A stretch of 64,000 nt of DNA from NCBI GenBank assembly GCA_951406725.2, contig OX597815.1:146134001-146198000 (forward strand), read 5' to 3'. Positions 55,146 through 64,000 of this stretch are shown piece by piece. A program made the position numbers and the translations under genes. The stretch is from Octopus vulgaris. Its lineage: Eukaryota. Position 1 is the first letter of the stretch; each line of letters begins with the position of its first letter. The notes beneath the pieces were generated by a model. The model was not told the DNA's origin. It saw nothing but the letters and a program-made list of their open reading frames with translations, and searched no databases.

Positions 55146-55420
55146 GTTAGTTAGTTAATTTTTTGGCTAAAAAAAGCAAAAAGCAAGGCTATGTAGGGGG
55201 ACATGGAGTTATGTACAGGGTGATGTTCATGTAAAGAGTTCAGGCCACTTGTGTTCAAGGGAAACTTTGAACCGAGCGGCCGTCGGCATCTTCACTATCT
55301 CGTCCGGCAGCTTATTCCACGGATCCGCAACCCAGACGGAGAAAGCCCCTCTACTTCGATTGAGATGAAATCGTCGCAGATAGAGCTTTTCGGAGTGACC
55401 CCGCAGCCGACGCTCTGGAG
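55146..55420 (-). mobile_element. CR1-clade LINE 3' fragment
   Basis: PERRLRGHSEKLYLRRFHLNRSRGAFSVWVADPWNKLPDEIVKMPTAARFKVSLEHKWPELFT* (stop at 55227-55229) matches CR1 RGHxxKL...FSxRVxxxWNxLP...FK; (aact)n-like tail. Confidence 0.85.
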
Positions 55421-55765
55421 AATCAGAATGACAACAGCAACTGCATGCATGTAATATTTTGAGGATAGGATTGTTATGAATTTTTCATACGCATTTGTCG
55501 ATAAGCACGTGCTTATGTCTTGTTCTACATGTCAAGGTGTGTATGCTCGAATATAAGAGAATAAGATATATATTTGTGTGCGACACAATGTGTATACTTG
55601 GTACTTATCAGTAGGAGCACAAAACTATGCAGTGCATATAAGCAAATGCGTGACGATTTTTGTCGGAGTGTATGAGAAGTTACCTGCATGTGGGAGTAAT
55701 ACTTGCGTAGCTGCTGCAAATTTTCATGTTTTTATGCCTGGGTATACATATATATGTGCATATAC

Positions 55766-55834
<69 letters not shown>

Positions 55835-56026
55835 GATAGATAGATAGATATGTATATATATATATATGTGTGTGTGTATGTGTCTGTTTGTATATATATG
55901 TATATATGTATGTATATATATATAGATGTTCATACACAGATATATATACATTTATATGTATGCACATATCTATCTATCTATGTCATTATATATGCCTCTC
56001 CCTCTCTCTGTCTCTCTGGCTCTCTC

Positions 56027-56074
<48 letters not shown>

Positions 56075-58070
56075 TATACAGATAGAAGATATAAATATGT
56101 ATAGGTAGTCTCGCATGTAAGGGAGGCTCTTGCATATTTTTGCGTAAATTTGTTTGCGACCGTTAAGAAATTATCGTTGGGTAAGGGAACTAAAGGTGTG
56201 TAGACTGATGTGTAGAATATAGAAAGAAAATATTACACGGACATGTATGATAGGAAAGATAGAAAGAAAGAAAGGGAGGGACGAAGAAATGGAATGAAAG
56301 AAAATTGTTACTGAATGTTTTTGACTTAATATAATATTAATATTTACTTCGTGTCATAATTAAATAAACCCTGGCAATATTATTAGCTCTGACAATATCG
56401 ACTCCAAGTAACCTGAGAAACGGAATTGAACTCTGCAGAATTTGAACTCGGATCACTAATGTAACGAATTACATAATGTAAATGAACTGTTACTGATGTT
56501 GCATTCGTCTGCCACGTCCAACACCACTTGAAAAAGAAATAATTGATATATAGATGAAGAGGAAAACAGAGATTATGGTAAGAGAGAGAGAGAGAGCAAA
56601 GAAACTTCATCTGAGAGAAGGTATATTATATAAAAGAAATGAGCGAGTTAATGTGATTGTTTGACCTTTGTCAGCTTCTTAAATTTATAGGTCAAGAGCC
56701 TGCGAAAGATTTATCAATATATAGAGAAATTAAACAGCCAGAAGAAAAGCCGGACATCAAAGAGAACAAATTGGTATGGTCACGCTGAAATGGTTGTTAG
56801 AATAATGGAGAAAAGACGGCCATTTTGTGAACTGCTTTGTTGTGTCAGTTCTGTTTACTTATAGGAATTCGAAATCGAAAGCCTGATTCACAGTCAGATG
56901 AAAGAAAAAGATTCAATTGATTTATTAAGGGCGTATTGATTCATACACACCGGATAAATGGATACTTTTGGGGAGAAAGATAAAGGAAAATGGTAAAAAG
57001 AAATTGAATGTAATACAATAAAATTGCTTATTTGAGTAAAAAAACAAAAAGAAAGGAGCTACTTGAAACAGTTATTTCGAATGAAAGTTATCGTATTCAT
57101 CTCGTATAGTTACTCTCAAAAGATTTTAGAGCGAGAGATAGTCTATATATAATGCTTGTTAAGTATGTAACTAAGCGAAAATTAAGAATGACTGAGGCGA
57201 GACGGCATTCCTATGCCTCTTCTAGCTAATGTCTCCATAACCCTGGCTCTTCACGTTTAAAGACATGCACCACTTAGATATTGAAATAACTTCAATAAAC
57301 AGCAATTCTTCAAAATGATATATAAAAGAACTGCTGTAAAATTAGAGTTTCATACTGGCTTGCAATACTAATTTCGTTATGATATCGCTTTTACTTATTC
57401 CCAGGTCAAAACAGATCTTGCACACATACAATCAAAGGAATTCCGATCCAGTCTGTTTAGAAATAACCGAGACTATATAATTCAAATCATCGTTCTCTTT
57501 TATAAGATTATCGGATATGAGTTATATGAAATTTGCTTATGTTTCTAGCCGATTGAATAACCTACAAAGTCCCTTTGTTGACTTGATAGACCTTTAATTT
57601 TGCTCACGATTCTGCTTTTTTTTATTTGATAAATTACGAACGTAACCATACAGATCTCATTCCCACGTCCTTCCCTACACCTCTCCTCTTACTGTTCTTC
57701 CTAATCATCATCGTTATTGTTTTAACGTCTATGTTTTTCTCTTTGGAAGGGGTCGAGGAATTTTGTTCATGCAAATTATCTGTGGTTGATGGTTTTTCGG
57801 TCATCAACGTTCACCTATCTATAATCATGGTCATATATTACATCTAGCCAGGACAATGTTTCTAACAACATTACAATCATACAACATCGTTTCTATGACG
57901 GTGTGTCTCTTTAAAACTGGCGCGATGTGCGCTCAAGGCGTGAAGGCATACACAAATACACATGCACAAATACGCATGCACAAATACAGACACACACACA
58001 CACACTCACACATACATACATCTGCTTATCTACCTGTCTATGACCACATATGTATCCCTCTATCTGTTTC

Positions 58071-58165
<95 letters not shown>

Positions 58166-58433
58166 GAAATAATTAAAATTCACTACAGTTAGGTACTGAA
58201 GTTGAGGCACTAAGTCGTCAGTCCGGTATTCTCCGCCACAGCTCGACGTTGAATATAAACCAAATAATTAACAAGGATGTCCAGGTATTAGTGTATGTTG
58301 AAAATCTATATGGTCTTATGCAAATGAAGAAGGCGCTGTATATCAAACTGATGTAATGGTTGCACTGATCGATTAAATGGAGCCGTCTGAAACGGGCGTA
58401 AAGCACTTAATACCTAGACTTCCTTATTACTTA

Positions 58434-58473
<40 letters not shown>

Positions 58474-60169
58474 GAGTGTGTGTGTGCGCATGTGTGTGCA
58501 CACAGTAAATTTCCATACAAATTTCTTCTGTATTTAACCACACGAATATGGTGACAACGCAGGCTACAGCTGAACAACTTTAAACCACATTCTGCAAGCA
58601 GTGAGACTGAATCTGGAACCATGTGGTTGCAACACCAAATTCTTTAACCATGTAGCCATACATACGTCTCTAATCTCTATTTTTGAATAAAACATTTCGT
58701 AATGTAGTATGAACATTTTTCACAGCTATGAAGAAAAAGAAAAGAATAAAGTTACTCTAGGACCCTTTTGTCTAACATCAAACTACAGCTTTCGATTCCC
58801 TCCAAAATGCTTCTACATGAGAACGTTATTTAATCCAATTTCTGAAGATGTAGTGCCATTGTCTACAGACGCAGATTCCTCTTTTTCACTTTCATATTAA
58901 TAAAAAAAATCTGTCTGAAAACATGCATTTATTGATCAAAGGCCTGTGTATTTTAATTAATCTTCAAATGTCAGACACGCCAACGGAGCGATCGTGTATT
59001 TAATTGTCTGTTCTTTCTCATTCTATTTATTATTCACTTGACAGAAGCGTTGGAGCACCAGACAAAATGCCTTGCTTTATTTCATTGAAAGCAATAGTTT
59101 GTTAAAATTTACATTCTATTTATACTCAAGGTGGTGCTTCAGCATCAAGACAGTGCCCCATCACCAAGGGGTTCTCCCGCGTCAAGATGGTACTCAAAAC
59201 GGCCGTAGTCCAATGACTGAAACAAGTAAAAGAGACAAGATTTACACTATCAGAAGTATTCAGTTCTCTCCCTCGAAACTCTTTCAAGCATAAGCGACTA
59301 ACATTTGCAGTGGGACTGAACGCACCATAATTATTTCTATTACTGTTATTTTCCTGTGTGAAGAATCGTCGCTAAAGTTACTACATAAAGTGAATTTCCA
59401 TTTCTCACGTAATAGTTATTCCAATACATAATAATGAGCTTTGTATGAATTTCCGAAATAAGGCGCGAACGTCTGATTAAGAAAAAAAGGAAATTAAAAT
59501 TAACCTCCCCGTTCCCCGAAAGAGTTACAAATCTTTTTAAAGAAAATTAAATACAAATCAAGCCATACCTAAATAATAACTCATTAGTGTCTTGATTGTT
59601 TCAGTCATTAAACAGCGGTCATGCTGGGGCACCATCTTGAGCAATTTTAGTCTAATGAATAAATTCCATCAGTTTATCTTTTAAAGCGTGGTACTACATC
59701 TATCGATTAATTTGCCGAACCGCTAATCTACGAAAGCATAAGCACACCACGAGTTGTCAAACACACACACACACACACGAGATTTATTATTTTGGAAATA
59801 ATAAAATATGGCCGGCTGTTGATCCTGTATCTGCCCACCGAAGGTGACTAAGTGAAAAACATGGTCTTTAAATACACTGTGGTAACACGTAACGTCTTAA
59901 GTACTATAGAGGATCTATAAGTAGGAATTATGTGCCTCAATACTCATTTAACAATCCTAAACTTCAGCTGTCCACCTTTTCAAACTGAATTCGAATTATG
60001 TTAAATTTGAAATCAAATGGTTGATCAGAGTTTCAGTCCCCCACTCCCCTTCCAATCAATTGGGCGTTGTGTAAGCTTTACCAGGGCGAGGTCATCGTCT
60101 TCATTACTACCGATGACTTACTCCTATTCAATTAGTGCAATGAGCTGGTAGTTAATTGAAGTGCTTCCT

Positions 60170-60210
<41 letters not shown>

Positions 60211-60214
60211 CAAA

Positions 60215-60372
60215 CATAAGAAACACCATATATCACACAGACATTTTCTTGCACCGTCTCTGATGAAGGTATATATAAAATATCCCGGAAACATCTGTAA
60301 GACCTTTTCGTTATAAATGTTCTGCAAACTATTCACAACCTTGGATTTATTTTATCTCATTCTGTTAAATTA
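60215..60372 (+). mobile_element. Family B short repeat (same family as 6765-6968)
   Basis: Shared hammerhead and downstream ttataaatgt...ccttgg...tctcatt...ttaaa.tatat; adjacent to (TA)n. Confidence 0.65.
60256..60303 (+). ncRNA. Minimal type I hammerhead ribozyme motif, complete core
   Basis: gtct(60256-59)-CTGATGA(60260-66)-a ggtatat ataaa atatccc g-GAAA(60288-91)-c atct g-TA-agac(60300-03); predicted GUA cleavage after 60299. Confidence 0.72.
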
Positions 60373-61332
60373 TATGCATATGATACTATCATATTACTTC
60401 TGATATAATGTCGTTATCAAGTGTTACCATACGTTTCATATTAATAGAAGATTTTGTTTTAATAGCCATAAAATACCTATACACTAATTACGAAGTAGGA
60501 GATAACATCCAATTATATCAATTTTTTTCTCTTTGTCTTACTACGCAGCTCCCCGTATATAGGCTTGTATCTGTGTTTCGATAAGAACAAACACTGACCG
60601 ATAATGAAACAATAGACCTTAATATATCGCCCCACAAATAACGTATCCTTTAGAGTAAGCGGTATTCCCTTGGTGAGTATACGTCCATAAAATCCGAGGC
60701 TGTTTGAATAATACGTTTAGGGATTATCGATTGCCTGTATTTAATTAATATTTTCATAATCACTACCATTCATTAATCATGTACTTGCTTGTTTGCAATT
60801 ATAGCCTAATCATTATTCCACTCACTTGTGAACTTTGGTGAATTCGCTTTTAAGCATGATTACTAATTTATCGGTTAGTTTATTCCACAATTTTAATCGT
60901 TTATCTGCAATTCATATTTCTATTTAATCGCTTTTCAAATTTGAAACTGAATACAGGATGTTTCACATGAAAATCTATCATATTTCTTCGAAATTACTAA
61001 GTGGTTCTGTACTTAAAGTTGGAATATATTAATGGTTAAAATAAGGGGTGGCATTATATCACTTATGAAATAAGGTGGCGAGCTTGATTAAGTAAAGAAA
61101 TAATGATTTCTGATTCAAACAACAGCCGCAATTTTGAGGTGACGAGTTACTCAATACGTTCGGCTCGAATACAAGACTGGTATTTCATTTTATCGACACT
61201 GGAATGATGAAAAGCAAACGTTACCGCAGGCGAATTTGATCGTTGAACATAACATGTCGGAATATGTAACCTCAAGGTAATTCTCTGAAGCTCTTATGAT
61301 TTTGCCAATTCGCAGTGTTCGATAAACAAATA

Positions 61333-61485
61333 ATTGTGCATTATTTACATTATTTACATTCACTGGATATTTGTCCTCATCTTGTTTGTTGTTAAGACGT
61401 TTCGGCTGATATACCATCCAGCCTTCATCGGGTGTCTTGTGGAAATTTCGAACCTGGGTTCTCATTCCTAAGGTATTTTTAGATG

Positions 61486-61556
<71 letters not shown>

Positions 61557-61652
61557 TCTGTTGTTGTCGTTGTTGTTCAGGTCACTGCTTGGAATCGAAC
61601 TCAGAATATTGGGGTTAGTAGCCTGTACTCTTAACCACTACGCCATATGCCC
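61333..61652 (-). mobile_element. tRNA-headed element with internal (AAT)n and a 3' hammerhead motif
   Basis: A-box tggcgtagtgg (61635-61645) and B-box gttcgattcc (61591-61600) on minus; (AAT)n about 61488-61555; gacac-ccgatga-a-ggctg gatggtatat cagcc-gaaa-cgt at 61391-61436. Confidence 0.8.
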
Positions 61653-61654
61653 GT

Positions 61655-61802
61655 GGGCATATGGCGTATTTCCCCAAGACACCTGAAGAAGACTGGAGGT
61701 TATATCAGCCGAATTGTTGTGTTAACATCAAACAAGATGAGGACAATTATCCGTTGAATGTAAATAATGCACGTAATTCCTCATCTCTTAAATATAGAAC
61801 TG
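61655..61802 (+). mobile_element. Inverted, internally deleted partner of the 61333-61652 element
   Basis: First 14 nt of the head (gggcatatggcgta) fused to tttccccaagacac-ctgaaga-a-gactggaggttatatcagcc-gaat and the same 3' tail; 61669-61778 is the inverted counterpart of 61333-61445. Confidence 0.8.
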
Positions 61803-61821
61803 AAACAAATAATTATTTGAA

Positions 61822-62412
61822 ATTTTGGCACAAGGTCAGCGACCTTGATGGAAGGGAAAGGACAATTACATCGACCCCAGTACTTGTCGGCTACATATTT
61901 TATCGACTCCTAAAGAATTTAAGGCAAAGTCGACTTGGGTAGCAGTTGGACATGGAAAGTAAAATGTCCCAAGAACTACTTTCTACTATAAGACACAATC
62001 CCTTAAATCTTGTGGGTGGTTTTAATCAATGACATCAACTCCAGTGCTCAAATAGCACTTATTTTATTGGCCCTTAAAGGATGAAAGGTAAAGTCGAACT
62101 CAGTGGCATTTGAACGCAGAATATAAAAAGTTGAAAGAAATGAAGCTAAGCATTATATCTGGCGCGGTAAACGATTTTGCCAGCTCACAGTTTTTTGGTA
62201 AACAAATATTGGCACAGGGCCAATAATTCTGAGGAAGCAGGTAAGTCGATTATAGTGATCCCAGTGATCAACTAACACTTATTTTAACGACCCCGAAAGG
62301 ATGAAAGGTTCAGTCAACTCCAGTGGCATTTTAACTCAGAACAAAAAGTCGGAAGAAATGCTGCTAAGCATTTTGTCCGGCGCAGGAACCATTCTGCCAA
62401 CTCGATGCCTTT
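61822..62412 (-). mobile_element. Three tandem degraded copies of the second SINE family (a fourth at about 61130-61260)
   Basis: Repeated atcgaccccagt / aaaggatgaaagg.aaagtcga / ttgaac.cagaa / gctaagcatt...gccagctc blocks at about 61822, 61985 and 62205. Confidence 0.75.
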
Positions 62413-63398
62413 TCTAGTTCACTTCAACTGAGAAGTCCATTTCCCAGGGATATGCACAAATGCATATTTTTCATTCCTTCCTCTCTAATGCTAACACATT
62501 TTTACATGCTTGCTGAACTATTTCGTGGAGTATATGGTATGGTGATAAATGAGAAATAGAATAAGATGATACTCATACAACACCATTATCTGGTAGGGAT
62601 TCTCAAAATTTCATTTTGTTTATAATTTCTAAACTCTTATGGAAACTATGAACATTTCATGATTCCTAAAAATTTATATAATTGTGTATATGTATAAAAT
62701 CAATATTTCCAAACTTGTCATTAAAACGTAAATGGGAAATGAATTTAATAATAGAGCTATAGCGTTACTCACATAAACCTTTATATCAAAATTTCAGTAT
62801 GAACGTTGCCCCATTTTTAGGGCTCCGATCGTTTTTCTCTTAAACGGTATTTAAGTATCAAATAAAGCTAAGTGAAGCACTTGTCTGAGGTAAAAAAAAC
62901 AAACAAACAAGCTCTAATTAACTAAGGAATTAAACTCCAAATAACTGAACAACAGAGAAGTAGCATTGTTATACTTTTGTCCGTTTATTTGAAAAATATA
63001 TTCAGATAATTTGAATTAATTAATAAAATAGCATTCATGGTTGAACAACTCTTCATCAGTGAAGCATGTCGAAATATTTTTAACGCACTCTCTTCTCTCA
63101 TGCTCTTTAATATTATCGAGAAACAAAGCTATGATTAGTTTTGTTTTTGTTATCGATTAATAGCATATCGGATTTTATTGTTCACAGTTATTTTTTAGAT
63201 TGTTTCAGTTACACTTAAATCAATTTAGATGATTAGGTGTTTAGAGTACCGTGAAAATGAGGGGCGGAATAAATAAATAAGTGAATGAGAAAGAAAGCTA
63301 AACTGTTTAATGATGAGATAAACCATGAAATACACGAAGGGAAAAATTAGCTTCCCCTCGAAATAATTAAAAAATAACTAAATATGTGGTGTGTGTTG

Positions 63399-63439
<41 letters not shown>

Positions 63440-63688
63440 CATACATATATACATATATACACACATATACACACATATATACACACACATACTTATACAC
63501 GCATGTGTACATATATACATTTATATATACATAGATACATATACATACATACATATATATATATATATACATACATACATATATATATACATACATACAT
63601 ATATATATACATACATACATATACATACATACATATACATACATATATGTACATACATATATATTCATAAATACATATATATATATAC

Positions 63689-63727
<39 letters not shown>

Positions 63728-63797
63728 CATATATATACATACATACATATATATACATACATAAATATATATACATACATACATATACATACATACA

Positions 63798-63881
<84 letters not shown>

Positions 63882-63924
63882 TATACACATATCTATATAT
63901 ATATATATATTTAAACTTACATAT

Positions 63925-63975
63925 GTTTCGACCAAAGATTTGCCCAGGCCATGTCTAACTTAATAGCACCACCTG
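63925..63975 (-). mobile_element. Isolated 3' tip (about 50 bp) of the LINE family at 54181
   Basis: gcccaggccatgtctaacttaatagcaccacctg is identical to 54223-54256. Confidence 0.85.
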
Positions 63976-64000
63976 ATAGTATTATCTAAATTTGTTTATA

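Noticed and set aside
61578-61652. Functional tRNA gene
   Set aside because: A and B boxes are present but acceptor and anticodon stems pair poorly and it runs into a repeat body; treated as a SINE-type head

Overview
AT-rich, microsatellite-saturated eukaryotic non-coding DNA. The repeat families look like those of a coleoid cephalopod (Octopus-like genome); that assignment is recall-based inference. I find no supportable host protein-coding gene, rRNA, true tRNA or CRISPR array, and most listed ORFs are (TA/CA/TACA)n artefacts. The window is a transposon graveyard. It holds many tRNA-derived SINE copies of at least 4 families and 3' relics of CR1-group, Ingi/I-like and RTE LINEs. It also holds two Penelope-like GIY-YIG endonuclease relics, a Tigger/pogo transposase pseudogene, mariner- and hAT-derived MITEs, and fold-back elements. 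The most notable signal is about ten type-I hammerhead-ribozyme(-like) motifs from about five short repeat families, mostly embedded in microsatellites. One sits in a tRNA-headed, hammerhead-tailed element arranged head-to-head through a perfect 14-bp inverted repeat (61333-61802). Two have complete catalytic cores (53238-53340, 60256-60303), and several share non-canonical CCGAUGA/CCAAUGA cores. Other oddities are LINE and SINE 3' tails that match each other, inverted/templated duplications at (TA)n tracts, an exact 72-bp orphan duplication and a strong minus-strand bias of retroelements.
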